This document shows, in pieces, positions 12,349 through 26,900 of a stretch of DNA of 64,000 nucleotides. Made by a program: the position numbers and the translations under genes. Below the pieces are notes generated by a model. It did no database searches and was not told the origin of the DNA. It was given only the letters and a program-made list of their open reading frames with translations. Every line of letters begins with the position of its first letter. Positions within the stretch are counted from its first letter, which is position 1. The stretch is taken from the NCBI GenBank assembly GCA_026026165.1, contig JAPEUD010000055.1:1-64000 (forward strand), read 5' to 3'. Source of the stretch: Sarea resinae. Lineage: Eukaryota.

Positions 12349-14039
12349 TCAGTAGGGTACACCGGCGTAGTAGGGCGCATGCTCGTCATCATCAAGGCCA
12401 TCTCCATGGCACTCATGCGCCGCGACGGGAGCCACCGTATCAAATTCGTCTGAGTAGTCTCGGCATCTCAGAGCCGGGGCTGGGTAAGTCGGCAGGCGGG
12501 TCTTGCGGCCGAACGTGAGTTGGCGGATTGGCAGGAACGGACGAGTTGGAGAGGGCTTTTTTCCGCTTCTTGGAGAGGAAGATTGAGATTGCGGCGGCGG
12601 CGGCGACGATGCCGATGGAGTGGCGATCTCGGAAGATGACCTGGCGGTGGAGAGGGTGGAGATGGTGGAACATGCTGAGAGGCTTGGTGGGCGGGTTTCT
12701 TGATCTTGTTCGTGCTGTTGCTGTGGCTGTTGCTGCTCGATCTGGTGGTTGTGCTGGTGGGTGGACAGCTGGTAGAACGGGGGAGCCTCTGACACGTCGT
12801 TTGGAGTGGGCGACCAGGAGGGTGATCGGAAGAGCCACTGCGTGAGGCGGTTGACTGCCGATGTGCGTTTGCTGCTGGGACGTGGGTTCACGTCATCTGA
12901 CTGAGAGTGTTTGTGCTGCTCGGGAGGTGACGAAGGCGGAGACTGCGACTTCTCATCTATCAAATGCGGAGTTGGTGGTAGAGGCCGGTCCCGGTGCGGT
13001 GTTGCGGGACTGATGTGTGAAGATGTCGTCTCTTTGATGAAGCTTGATTGAGCGGCAGCGGTAGATGTAAAGTAGCCTTCCTTTGCCGACTTGGCCGATG
13101 TGGAAACGTCAACTTGCTTTTCCTCGGGGATGGTCCCGATTTCTCTGAACCTGCTTCCGGCAACGGATGGTCTTCCGTCTTCCGAATAGGAGACTCTTGT
13201 CAAGGGAGGAGTCTGCGGCAGCCGTTTCTGAAGTGAAGCGATAAGATCCTGGGTACTCGGCGAGTCGGGCATGCCGGGTCTCGGTCTCAGCGGTTGGGCC
13301 ACCCACTCGGTCGCGGTGCTGAAAGGCGAAGACACAGAGTCGATGCTATATCTGCCGTTGTTAAGCTCGTACGGCGACGAAGGCACGGGCTTCCTTGGGA
13401 TCAAGAAGCTGCTCGAACGATGAGAAAGTAGCGACCCCGGCCTGGATCGCATCAGTGCAGGATCTGGATAGGGGAGCTCAATTGTCTCGTGTCTGTCGTC
13501 CTCTTCTTTGACGTCGGCGCCAAATCGGGGCAAGGGAGAAAGCCTGTTCTCCGGCAGATAGATACTAAGCTCCAAAGGTCTGAAGCTCCGTCTCCTTCGT
13601 TCACAGCTGATTTCGACTTTCCGGAAGTCTGATGGCGCACTGATGATCGGTCGTCCGCGGGACTCTGACCTTGATCTTCTCCCAGAGAAGCTCGTCCGGA
13701 ATGACGCTCGAGACGCAAGGCGACGACAGCCCTTTTTGAGCTGTGTCGTGGGGAGTGAACTGAAGGGGTCAAACTGCCGTCCGCGGGCCTGAGCGACATC
13801 ATATGGACGCGGCAGCGCCATCGTCGGTCGTTGGATGTGTTGCTTCAAGCTCGTCTCACAATCTAGTAGCTGTTAGAACACATGGAGCAGCTGCCGCAAA
13901 ACGAACTCGACTCGCCTTCTTTTCGGTCGCCTTCCATCTCATCGTATTCCAGACGACGAGGTAAACAGCATGCAATCGATGAAGCCAGCCATCGTTCAAC
14001 AGCCCCACCCGCAAAGGCGGTCAAATCGGTCAAGCCCAT
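12349..14039 (-). CDS. Hypothetical Ser/Pro-rich protein (~545 aa) with N-terminal Cys-Cys and a CRIB-like ISAPSDFR motif; exons 14039-13916, 13862-12349
   Basis: 499-codon open frame with ISAPSDFRKV and RRSFRPLELSIYLPENRLSPLP; upstream exon MGLTDL...SIACCLPRR joins in phase through a GC-AG intron (13915-13863) with a CTAAC branch point. Confidence 0.75.
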
Positions 14040-15012
14040 CGCCTTTCAGGCAGCCATATCTACTTGATCACCTCCAGAACTGGAAGCAAGCGGAACCAGA
14101 TTGCTGTCGACGAAGGGTGGCCACATGAAAGAAAGTTAAATAGAGTAGGTATGGAGGTAGGGAGGTCAGTAGGTAAGTAGGTCAGTAAGTGAGGAAGCGA
14201 TGAAAAGGCAGGTGAATTTCGGGGCCAGCGATGAATAGGTAGAGAAGAATCGAAACAGAGGCATGAGCAATAGGAAGAGATTACCGGGGTAGCTCCCCAG
14301 TCGCACAGGGCGATATTGACTGTTGCCATTGTTCTGCTGCTGGAAGACTGCCAATGACGGGCCAAGATCTCCATAGCTTGACCGTGGGCCATTTGCTATA
14401 TCGAGCAGGTGAAGAAGACGCCGAAGTGGCTCGCTCTCCAATCAGAAAGCAGTACTATGTAAACCAAGTCAGTGCTCTAGACGTGACGAGAATAAGCGCA
14501 CGAGGGTATTCAAGGTATGCAGCGTATTGAGGGCATCGAGGCCCATCTTGTTGATGATTCCTCGCATTGCTTGACTGCTCTGCCTGTTGCTCAGGAACGG
14601 TGTGCATGCTTGCAGTCGATCTCGCCCGCTGATAGGCCCTTCCGCTGGTGCCGACTGATTCACGGGCGCGTACCACCGGCCACTGACATCCCGCTACGAC
14701 GCTCCAGACAGCATCAACGCAGTTGGGCGCTACACATGATTCAAAACACCTCCCATCCCGAGCTTGTTGCATGATGATCATCTTGGCTCACGCTCTTTAC
14801 GCACTCGTTATTCGCCATCGTGATCTTGCTGCCACTCACCGTCTCGGCAACCATCATTTTATCACGACGATCCTCGTAATGCATTTGGACATGTTGACAT
14901 GGAGGTTGCGCCAAACGCCTACGCTATGTTTTCTCGATCCAGGCAGAATATCGAACGCTATCGAACGCTTTACAAATGGGGCTAATCATGGGTGAACGCC
15001 ATTAGAAGGGTA

Positions 15013-17362
15013 TCATTCATCATGCCCTGCACCTTCGCCCCAAACTTGACGCTCCTCGGCGAAGCTTCCATAGCTTGGACTGACTCGGTTGGACTGTTCC
15101 TCTTCGTCTTCGGTCTGCTTCCACTTTCCGGCTTCATCATCCGGATCATGCTGGCTCTCGCTTTCATCGTCGTCTTCATCGTCTGCAAGCGCAAAGGCAT
15201 CATCGGAAGCATGTGTCTGGTCGTCCTTCAGAGGTGGAGCCTGGCTCGGTTCAAATCCTTGACGGATCTCCTTCCCCTGGTCGGAGTCCGAGTATGTCCT
15301 CCTTGACATCCCACTGTCAGCCTCATCTTCATCATATATCGCAAGCAATACTTACACAAACATCTTTGGCTCGAGCTCATTCCAGCCCGGTCCACCCTCC
15401 TTTCGAGCACGCACTCTTTCCGTTTCTTCTGCCTCGGGATCTTCGATAACCAAGTCGACTAGCTGACTTCGGTCGGATTGTCCAGAGCTTGATGAGGAGT
15501 GCCGGTGCAGCATGCCTTGGAGCCCAGGAGCTCGAGGAGCCTGAGGGCTTGACCCAGACGCTTCGCTGCCTCTCGAAGTGCTTCTTCCCTTTCCTTTATC
15601 GAGGGTCTTCTGAATGTTGCTTTGGCGCCTAATTTTATTGTCTTTCGTTGGCTGTAGCAGATTCCGGTTCACAGATGTTGTCACCAAGTTAGGATCACTG
15701 TGGAGCCATCGATCCCTCGAGGCTTCATGAGCCGTAATGACAGGATACTGAGTAAAAATTCAGTGGCTGCGCGCCATGATCGCTTATGAGTGGTAGGACT
15801 TACATTCCAATCCCCAAACTCTAGGGCCCTGGCGTTGAGGAATAGTCTCTCGTCATCCTCGTCTAATTTTGCTTCCTCGGCTCTCCAATTTGATGTTTTG
15901 TCGCCTTGGGGACCAACCTCCTGAGTAGAGGGGCTCATACTCCGTGCTCGGCCATGATCAGCGCCTAGAAGAGGTGTTCGGCTATTTATTTGTCCCGGTT
16001 TTGGGATCCAATACTTCCCTTTGCCTCCTCTTTCGTACCGCATACCCTCCATCATCCTGGCCACACGGGAGCCAGATTCGGCATGTGCGAGGACGTTATC
16101 TCCGGAGTCAAACAGCCTGTATTCATAATTTTTCCCTCCCAACGTTTCTTTTGTATCTTCGATGAGATCTCGGGGACCAAATGCATCTCGAAGAGCATAT
16201 TTCACCGGCATGCGCGCCGCGGAAATCGTGACATCAGCGTAGTCGTGCCATGAGAACGCATACCAATGGGCAATGGCAAAAGCGGGCATTTCAAAGCATA
16301 TTAGAGCGTCTTGTATCGCTGCCGCGAGATTGTCAGACGTGTAGCCAGAAACGTCGTCCGGAATAGCGCCAAGCCAGACCAAAATGGATAGAAAGAATCC
16401 TTGCCAATAAGAGGCAAAAATGATCAACTTGATGCAGAGGAATTTTGGGACAGGCCTGAAAGGCCGTAGATCTTGTGACATGCAAGCCCAGAACATCCCC
16501 AACGAATACAAGCTCAAGGTAACGCTCAGATTGTAAATGATGCCGCTCCAGAGATATCCGGACTTCAGTCCGATATAACCTTCTTGATAGACGCCGGTAG
16601 CCTTCATGATGATGGTAGCTACGCTCAACACCGGTTTCAACCATGTGTATTGGAGAATCCCGCGTTTGATGGCAAGAAAGGTATGTGGATCTGAAATATC
16701 GACTTTTGCTAGGCAGTGGTTGAGAGGCCAAAGGTGGTGGACAGGCTGACGTCCATGCATCATAATGATAAGAGCTCTTTCGCCGCCAATGAAGTTTATC
16801 AGAAGCTGGAAAAATGTGTAGATGGTGAACGCCTAAGCAAGTAAGCAAGATGCTGGACATGGGGAAGGTCTTTCTAGACATGGTGACGTACTTCATAGAT
16901 ATCTCGAAAAGGATCGATCCAGAATGCCGCCTTGAGGGACATGATGCTGCCCCACGATGATGCTGAATAGATGGGAACCCTGTTGTTGATATTATAAGTC
17001 TGAGCCATGATCCGAAATAGATTGCGGGTATTTACATCAACAAGATCCGGATGACATATCTCTGGAGGAGCGGCTTGCGATAATTCTTGCTGTAGGAAAA
17101 TGAGCAACGTTGCGAGTATCTAGGAAGATGATCTTACGTTTGTAGCCATACTGATCTACGATTGAAAACAAAATCAGTATATGTGTGGCAAGAGATGACG
17201 GCTTCGCAGAGAAGAGACGTTGTTGTACGCAGAACAGGACGCATCAGCTTACACTATAGAAATCAAGGATGCGACCAGAGAAGCAACACCCGCAACGATG
17301 ATGATGGCTTTTGTGAGCCTTGAGCCGGTGCCCCCACTAGATGTTGACGTTGCTTCAAACAT
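15013..17362 (-). CDS. HFL1: TMEM184/OST-alpha (DUF300) family multi-pass membrane protein, HFL1-like; exons 17362-17253, 17155-17138, 17089-17036, 16979-16892, 16832-15804, 15747-15356, 15301-15013
   Basis: KNYRKPLLQRYVIRILLMVPIYS, RDIYEAFTIYTFFQLL, KRGILQY, PVPKFLCIKLIIFASYWQG, IQDALICFEM; all six introns are GT-AG and keep frame. Confidence 0.88.
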
Positions 17363-17976
17363 CTTGTATATCGCAGAGACCTCCTCACTTGGACGCGTCG
17401 GCGATAGAGAGAGGACGAGCACGAGCCACGCCCATTTAACGGTCTCGAACGGGCATAGATGCAGCCAATAAATCAAGAGGAGAGGCAAGCTCGAGGATGA
17501 CTTTGAATTCGTCTTTTATTGTCCAGAGTCTCTCATCAGAGAAAAGTCAGGGGACAAGAGGTCTCCGTTCGGTCGTCAACAAGGCTCATGGAAGTCAAGA
17601 TTGTTGCCTCTTTGAGCTCTTGAACCTGATCAGCGGGCACCTTCCAAGTTTACATAGCGGTCGCACCTTACCGTAGTAAGGCTGCAGGGATTCATGATTT
17701 CGGACATCCTTTGTACGGTGTACTACAATGGCAACCTACGCAACTTCGTGACATGGTACTTTTTGGGTGGAATCATGACAACAACATCACCATGCATTAG
17801 CAATTTCTCAATGGCGTGGCTGACAGGGGAAAGACGCAAGAAGCATTAATCGGATGATGCTCTAGAATTGAGACTGCAGCATACGCTCGTCTTTCGCATC
17901 CCTCTGTCCTTGCCAATGCTCTCCGAGAAAGCATGAAGCCGGTCTGCTTCCTCTAAGCATTGTTCGACGAATAAGC

Positions 17977-20900
17977 ATGGCACGCGGAACGCTTACGGGG
18001 CAATCTCTCGGCCACGGTTATGGATTCAACTGGTCAGCTACAGCGTTGGCTTCGTCTTGAGGGTGACGGCTAATCGGTGTTGGCACATAGGGTATTCCTG
18101 GTTGAGCTGATTGTCAGCGGTATATTGTACGCTGCAGCCCAGTCCAGAGCAGCTTCATAGACTATCATATCGCTGACATCGCTAGGTCATTATTCTTCCT
18201 CTTCTATTTCAACCGCCTATTTGCCACTATAGTCTCCTATGGCATTCGAGCTTATACGTGGCACAAGCATCGTATATACATCGATATCCAGGCCCTTCAG
18301 ATTTCGCTTTTAGCTGGCAGAGTCTTCTTCAAGGGTCTACGATACCATGGCGAAAACGAGACGATATTTATCCAGGGCGGTTACATAACATGGCAATATT
18401 GGCTGCGTCGGGTGCGGAAGGCTGGATGCTATGAGCAAGGCCGTGGAGTAAATGGAAGGCCTCCCAGCCCTGATGAGAAATATGGCAAGACAGCCGATAC
18501 AGGCAGCCCTCAAAGTGCCACCGGAGGAGAGCCGGCTGGCTGTAAGGGCAGATACGACCTACCATGTCGGCTTGTTCTTGTGATGCAAGGCTTTGAATGG
18601 TTTGTGTACAATCGAAGTCCCGCTTACGATGCGATTGTATCAAGCATGTCTCGGGACGGCAAGCACGATATGTCTTCAGATGGAGGTTATAGGGCCGAGG
18701 GCAATTCTGTGAATGTCAGCGCGCCGTCCCATCCAGGGGAGCCCAAGCCTGGCCAAGTCAACTCTTACGCCAGCTCCTCGGATTCTCAACCAAGCTCATT
18801 GAGCAGTAATGCGAACCCAGATGGCTCTCCAGTCAATGAGAAGGTTCCTTTTTCGGCCTTGGGAGAAGAGGCCCGTCCCTCGTCGAATAGCACACGACCG
18901 CCGAGCACGGCTGATGGCTCGGGATCAATGGCGAACGCCCCAGCCAGTGGCTTGAAAAAGGCAGCAAGGAAATCAGAGCCGGCTTCAGTCTCCCGATTGC
19001 TACAAATACTACCTATCCATATCGATTGCTCCAAAGGTGCTATTGTGATGGGCAACGAGAATACGACGTCAGTCATGACAGCGAAATTCGACAAGGCGAA
19101 TGGAAGTATCGACGCCTTGTGCTCTCGCCCAGTAGATCACCACAAGCAGCTGATAAACTTCCGTTTCACCCATCCAGTCATTCAAATGAAGCCGAATCTT
19201 GACTATAAGGAGCCACAGCTGGCGTCGGCTTCGAGAATGAAAAATCCGGATGCGACAGATTTGCCGTTCCACTCGACAAAACAGCACCATCATTGGAGCT
19301 ACCGACATCATAAGCGAAAGCTGTGGCACAGCCTACGTGGTCTGTTGCCATTCTTTCAACGCTCTGTCGAGTCATTCTCTCCAAGCTTGCGCGAGTCTAA
19401 AGGAAATAGCGCGGCTCCTCCACATGGCTTCGCAGGTGAAGGTCAATGGCTCGGACTTACCCGGTACCTAGACAATGATCAACAGGAGGAGCAGGACAGA
19501 TGGAACACGATAGAGTACGCAAAGTTTTCAACGGTCGCGGATTGCCCAGCTATCAGCCTCAGCTTCTATTGGGACGTTGCTGGTTTGGTGCCCATATCAA
19601 CACAAGGCCATGGGCCGATGTTTCCAGGGACTAGTGATGATATCAATGGAGATGCGCCTCCTGACTGGGGAATTGATATTACTGTTCACGGCGGCGTGAT
19701 CCATTACGGACCTTGGGCAGACCGACAGCGTGCAAATATGCAGGCTGTCTTTTTCCCGAGCCTGTATAAAGACGCCTCTCCGGCGAAGAAATTAGCCCCA
19801 GGACAGTCAAGAGTTAGCACTGTGTTTAAACTCTTCATTGATTTAGAAGAGCAGACTTTTCTTCGAATCCCCACTCGAGAAAGCTCCAAAGATTGGAAGT
19901 GGAAAGGTCGTAGCGAGTCTGTTGCTGGGCCTCGACTACGGAAAACACCAAATGGGAAAGTTAAAGGAAAAGGTAAAGGGAGGAAGAAGTCTCATAAGGG
20001 GAAGAATGTCGATCCTTCCACCACAGGCCCAGATGTTCGGCCCTTCGGATGGCTAGATTTGAAAGTAATGCCAAATTCAACCGTGAGCTATGTGATGGAC
20101 ATGATCGCTGGGGCGGACGGCTTCAAGAACCACCTGGATCTTGATCTTCGTGGGACGGAATTGTCCTCCAGCGTCAACCATGGTCTCCTTTGGCGCACCG
20201 AGCACCAGAAATTGGCTTGCGATCTGTCTAATCCTTTAAAATGGAATGGTCTGCACACATGGACGTTCGACGTTGAAACCGTAGGACTGGAATTATACCT
20301 CTTGAGAGACCATTTCTTTCTGCTTACTGATCTCATCAACGATTGGGGATCAGGGTCACTGCCGGATTACTACACCTTCGCCCCTTTCCAATACCTCTTA
20401 AACTTGAGACTGCCAGACTTCAAGCTCTACCTAAACGCTAATGATGCTAACATCATCAACAACCCGTCTGATCCGGACGACAACACCTTCGTTATTTTCC
20501 ACGGAGACAGCCTGGACGCAAATGTTGTAATATCCTTAGAGACGTTCCTTCCGGAGAAAAATGCGGTCAAATTCAATGCTGATGCTCGGAACTGTGATCT
20601 GTTGCTGGAGACCCCGCCTTGGAATACACACAACACGTTTCTCGACTCTAGAAGAATGGCTACCTTAGGCGGTCTTACAGTCGGTGGGAGTTATAATTAC
20701 TTCACCTCTACTTCACCGAGTCTTACCGACACTGTACTATTGGATGTCCACGGCATAAGTCCATCAATTGGCCTCCATGGGTTCCTAATCAGGCATTTGA
20801 TGAAGGTAAAAGAGAATTACTTTGGTGAAGACCTACATTTTAGGACCTTGGAGGAATATCAGGATCTTATTGCGAACAAGGACACCAAATCTGACGCCGC

Positions 20901-23900
20901 TCAAAATCAAAGCCAACCACCAAGCAAAAGCAACGACCTGGATGTAATCCTCACCATCGCAACAGATAATGGGAGTCTAATTCTCCCCTCAAATTTGTAC
21001 TCTGCTCAGGAGCACATCCAGATCGATGTCACATCTGTGAGCGCCGATTTGAGATTCACGAATTACTACATGGATCTCATGGTCTCTTTCACTCCACTAT
21101 CGATAGCCGTTGGAAGCACTATAGCGGGAGCTGCTACTCCAGTCGATAGCTCTTCAAGCACTCAAATATTCATTGATGGCATCCAGATTGCGGGCCATCG
21201 ATTGTTTGGCTTACCTCCGACAGAGCCTACTTATGTTTGCAATTGGGACTTTGATGTCGGCGCCCTGACAGGAGAGTGCTCGACAGAGTTCATGCAACAT
21301 CTTGCTTGTGGCTTGCGAGCGTTTGTGTTCTCATTGGACGATTACGAAAATGCTCTACCAGTTCATCACACTCAGCTTTTGCACGACATCACATTTTTGC
21401 GGATCAGAATGAAGCCGGTTCGTCTTTGGCTCCATGTGAAGCAGGCTGCATTCTTACTCGAAACCGATGCGATCAAACTTGACTTCAACGATTGGGCCGG
21501 GGATCATTTCTCAGAAAGACTTGTTTTGCTTATACCGAATTTGACTTTGGCTTGCGTTGACGGGGAATCCGCCGCTCGATATCGGTCTCGGGCACACTCT
21601 TCTGTCTTGACTCATGCATACCTACAAACTACAGTCTCTTTCACAATGGTAGAAAGGAAATTGGGATTTAGCAGCGAGAAAGATAAACAACAACGACACA
21701 TTCGATTCCATGATTCAAGAACCAAGAGAACAGAATTCCTACAGCGTGGCGAGATTCTAGATGAGGACTTTGAACTTCCTAGCAAACTGGAAATTCCGGC
21801 CATGCCAGTACCTCCTATGCCAGAACCTATCACTGATCCACATATGCAAGCAACTGAGCGGTCTGATCTATTTGCTCGCGCTTCTAACCTACCATACGTG
21901 GCTACTGACCGGATGGATTCGCTTCACTCGTTGGCTCCGTCGTCCCCGAACAGTGATGATAGCGTCCTCCGGCCTATGTATGGAAGGTCCCCGTCCAGCC
22001 ATTCTAGGAAGGGACCTACTCATAATTATTCCGAACGTGGTCAGAAGTCAAATGTAAGGCAGTGGGACAGGAGAGCCCGAGGACTTCGAGAGCCATCGGT
22101 CTCTAGTGGCAGACGTTCTTCTGTCTATACAATGCAAGATGAGACGGATAAGCTTCGAAACGAATTCTCTGCCCCAAGTGTGGCATTTTCGAGTTCTTTC
22201 GCGGCCCCCTATTTCCCGCTGGACGGTATAGAACCAGACCTAAGAGATGTTCCTGTCCTACCGGATACTGATGGATGGGCCCCCAATGCCACTGATGGCC
22301 CTTCGCCATTCAATGATGTCTCGACTCTAAATTTCGCCGAGGATACTGTGCACACCAGCTTCATGATTAATCTTAGTCACGGCTTGAGAGCATACTGCGA
22401 TCCTCAAGCCCTTCATGCGGTGGCAAATCTTCTAGAAGACTTCCAACCAAAGACACCGTTAGATCTCCTTGATGACTTTCAAATCGATGTTATGGGAAAA
22501 ATATCCAATTTGATGAAGAGAAAGTCGATGAATGGAAATACCATGGATGTCAACTTACGGATACCCTATACCCATATTCGGTTTGTCAACCCCTTCTCAT
22601 ACGAAGGGAAATCACACGGTACTCGTGAGCACGATCAATACAATTGTACCCTTAGTCGCTTCTCAATTACAGCAAGATCGAGGTTGCGGTCTCAAGATCA
22701 TGAAGATGGTGAAGATTCCAACACATTTTCCGCCTTGCATGTCGTTTTGGAGGCAATGAGTCTTTCAGCAAGCGAGCGGGCTGATAGCACTCTCGACGAT
22801 CACGCTGCAATACAGACGAACCTCGATGATCTTGTAATGTGGGCGGTCTCTGAACAGGTCTTCTCAGTCCACGTGCAGTTTCGTTGCCTAGAGACGGCAA
22901 CTACCAGTAGGCAGGTAGAGTATCTGGCTTCACTAATTCATCGCACTGCTATAGTCAGCGAAGAAGTCCAAAAAACGTTTTCTGCTGTATCCGCTCAGCA
23001 GCAGAAACGCCTTCGACGATTCGCCTTTGCGCTGACTCATTGGGGAGAAGGTGTTCCGAATCCGACATTCTTGACAAGGCCATCTTATGTTCTCCGTGCA
23101 GCTTCTGATCATTTAAGGGTCAACGACTCGTGGAAAATAATCTCACGGTTCCGATACATCTATCAATCACTCACGGAAGGGCAGAAGGAAGACTTCATTA
23201 GGCGTTGCTACAGCAATTCCATCAGCTGTCCGGAAGACGCAGAGTCTTTGGTCGTCTCGAGCGTTGACCAGTGGCGCAGCTGGGATCTGGCTGCTCACGT
23301 AAAACAGAGTTACGCAATGAGGAAATTGTATGGTTCACTGGCGGGCATTGACGAATTGCATTATTCCAAGCCAATGCCTGTAAAGGTTGCTGTCAAGACA
23401 GCTAGCATACGACTTGTTATAGATCCGGGACCAAAGCAGAGCGAGCTTGCAGTTGAATCACTCAGTGTCACTGTGGCAGTCAATGTCCCCAAAGAAGATT
23501 TTTACGGATCGGTCAGCGACATCTTTGAAGATACCGAGGATACAATCGTCCAGATATACTGCACCCGCGTATCTCTTCGGCTAGACTGGATGCTCTGTGA
23601 ACTCCTCGACGATATCTGTGGGCTATACAATAGAAATGCCGGCGTCCGTTCTGACACGGAACCAGATGATCTACCAGATTCAGCTCTGTCTTCAACAGCA
23701 CAGTCTAGCAGCCAACAGTATCACATCATCTTTGCCACTGATAGTGGAACGATTGTGCTTGACACTATCCATCTCAGAAGCATATCAGCGACCAAGGGCT
23801 TGAAAGGATCAGTCATAGGTAGCACAAATGATCGTGACGGGAACGGCGGCACAACGGTCAATGTCTTGTTGCATTCTGATGCCGCTTCCTCCGAGATAAT

Positions 23901-26900
23901 CAGTCATTCACGAGTTCTGTCGCTTTCTCAGCTCCTCAGACCCAGTCTAATCATTTCATACGATCGACAGCTGGATGATGGCGCTTCAGTCAACGCGTGG
24001 AACCTTGCCGGTGATTGCCAGAAGCTGTCTATTGAAATCAAGGAAGAGGTTCTAGGGTTGATTGAAGTGGTCGATCTTGTTGTTGGTGATGAGCTGTCAT
24101 ACCTTCTTAGCCTTTCTAAGAGACTGTCGTTGGATCGTCCATCAAATCCCGGAAAAGATACTCCAAGTCCTGATTCGACGAATAGGATAGACCTAGCGCT
24201 GTTCCTCGACAGCTACGAAATCCGCGTTGCTCTCCTGCAATCACTTAGCTATAATCTCAAGGGACAGATAGCTCGCCTCTCGGTAGCACCAAAGGGTCGT
24301 CAAGATCTTACATTGGAAGTTGATTATGACCTTAAAGAGCACTCCCATGACATACAGTCGACCGTCGGAGCTAAATTGCAGAGTATATCTGTCCTGAAGA
24401 TGCCGCCCATAAACGGTCACGTCAAAAGCCAGATCAGCGATAAGGAGACGGTCTTGGAGATGAGTACTATCGTCGAGAGTATCGATTTCGATGCTGCAGC
24501 TATCCATGGTCTGCTCAATGCGCTTGAAAGACCGGAAATTAGTAGTATCATCGAAGACGTTCGCGAGGGCACCAAAGCCATCACTGCCCACCTGCGTGAG
24601 ACATTTCGTCCGGCTCAACCTGTTAAATCACCAGTACCAGCAAAGCCTTCAAAGGCTTTCTTTTACGATGCCCGAATCACAGTTGCCGGATTGAATGTTT
24701 ATGCCAACGCTCCAGAGAATCTTCCTGGAATTGGGTCCGCGCATCTGGATTTTGATTTCGGTTCAGTCCAGCTCAAGGCAGCGAACAGGCTCGAAGCACA
24801 AGGGCCTATGCTCGAATTTCCAGAAGTGGTCGTCTCTCTCCGGCAAATCGCATTTGAACTAACAAGACTTGAGGATGGCAAAATGCGATCATGCGGAAGC
24901 TTAGAATTTGGAGCAACAATCGACTGCACGTCCAAAGTTTCCGAAGCAGGAGTCACTCTACGAGCAATTCATATACGAAGCGATGGTCTAGAAATAAATG
25001 TCTTCGCGGAGACCGCTTCTACCATCGTCGATGTTGCCGGTCACTTACAGAACAGGATCAAGGATCTTGATCTTTCGAAAGAAGCAAAGTACTTAAAGAG
25101 ATTACGAAATCCTATTCCCGAGACAGCTGTCATTGGGACTGACACCGATCAAACCGAGAATAGCACAGACTCTTCTGTCCTTCTGGATTCACTCTTGTCG
25201 CTAGAAATTCTCGATGTTCAGGCAAGCTGGATCGTTGGGAGTTCAATCAAGCGCCTGCCAAACCAAGAGAGCGAAGACCTTGTGCTCTCTATTAAAAAAA
25301 TAGACTTGACAACTGGTAGAGAAAACGGTGCGCGCCTGATGGTGCAAGACCTACAACTTCAAATGGTGCCAGAGTCTGGAAATAAGAAAAGCCGGTCGAT
25401 GAACTCTGCTTTACTTCCAGAAGTTGTTTTCAGGGTCGCACACCACTCCACTAAAAACGATCGCAGGCTTGCATTTCATGCTGCTGGCAAGAGTCTCGAT
25501 CTCCGATTGACATCCCAATTTGTTATGCCTGCAAGCAACTTACAACAGTCGATAGTCACGGCAAGTCAAAAGTTTTATGCGGCGTCTGCTACGTGGAGGG
25601 CGACGCCAGCAACTCTTGGAGAAAGGAACACGATTTTAGGTAATAAGAAGCTTGCCTCGCTCTTAGTAGACGCAGATTTTGCAGGGGCTGTGGTCTATAT
25701 TCAAGGGAGAAGAGTATCAGAGCCTCAAGGCAAATCGTTAGGCGTTCTGCGGTACGGGCGAGCACCTCAGCACGGACGATATGGTCAATTTACACATGAG
25801 GACGCCAGCAGCACAACCCTCCGGGCGCCAGGAATTGCGGTCAAAGTTGAATACAAAGACTTAGGCGGGCTGGCTCCCTCTGTCAATGCAGAGATCAAGA
25901 TTGATGCGTCCAGCAATGTCATATACCCCACTGTGGTCCCTCTGATTCTCGAAATCTCCTCGAGCGTGAAGGAGACTGTCAATAAACCCGAGGAAGCCAC
26001 TGCTGGCGCTTCGTCACAGCCTCAAGACTCGAATCCTCCCACCGAAAATACTAGCCTCACGGCTGACCCTAGTGCCCTTCTGAGAAAAGTCAGACTCAAC
26101 CTTGGCCTGCGAATCTGCAAGCAAGAATTCAGTCTTAGCTGTCAACCTCATGCTCGCGTGGCTGCTACTGCGCGCTTCGAGAAGATTTATCTCACAGTCA
26201 ACACCATCCAATCGAATGAGCAAGGTCATCTTTTCGCTCTGACTGCTACCTTCAACCGCCTCCAGGCTTCAGTTCAACACGTCTATTCTCGAGAATCTAC
26301 TGCAAGCATCGACGTGGATTCGATCGTTCTATCAGCAATGAACAGCAAGCATGTGAGTGGAACAAGAGGAATTTCTGCAATCGTAAAGGTCGGCACCACA
26401 AAGACCCAAATAAATGCCAAGCAATTGCAAGACTTCTTGCTTTTCCGGGAGATTTGGGTCCCGGCCGAGATTCGTCAATCTGCCCCAGAGACCACGGCGA
26501 CACCGGCCTCTGAATCGCAATTCTATCTTGTTCAGCGCTACCAACAAGTTGCTGCCGCGAGTTCGTTTCCTTGGAATGCCACTGTTGCCGTTGAACAACT
26601 AGAACTTCAGGTCGATTTAGGCCAATCTCTTGGGAAATCCTCATTTGCAATCTCACAATTCTGGGCTTGCTCAAACAAGACGTCGGTCTGGGAGCAAAGT
26701 TTGTGCGTCAGATTTGACTCAATAGGAGTGAATAGCAGTGGGCGAATGAGCGGGTTCGTGCAGCTATCGGACGTCCGAGTCCGCACCTCCATTCGGTGGC
26801 CTTTGAAAGGTCGGGTTGACCATCAGACTCCTCTCATCCAAGCGTCGCTGGGCTTCAGACAGGCACGCGTCAAGGCGGCTTTTGACTACCAGTCATTCCT

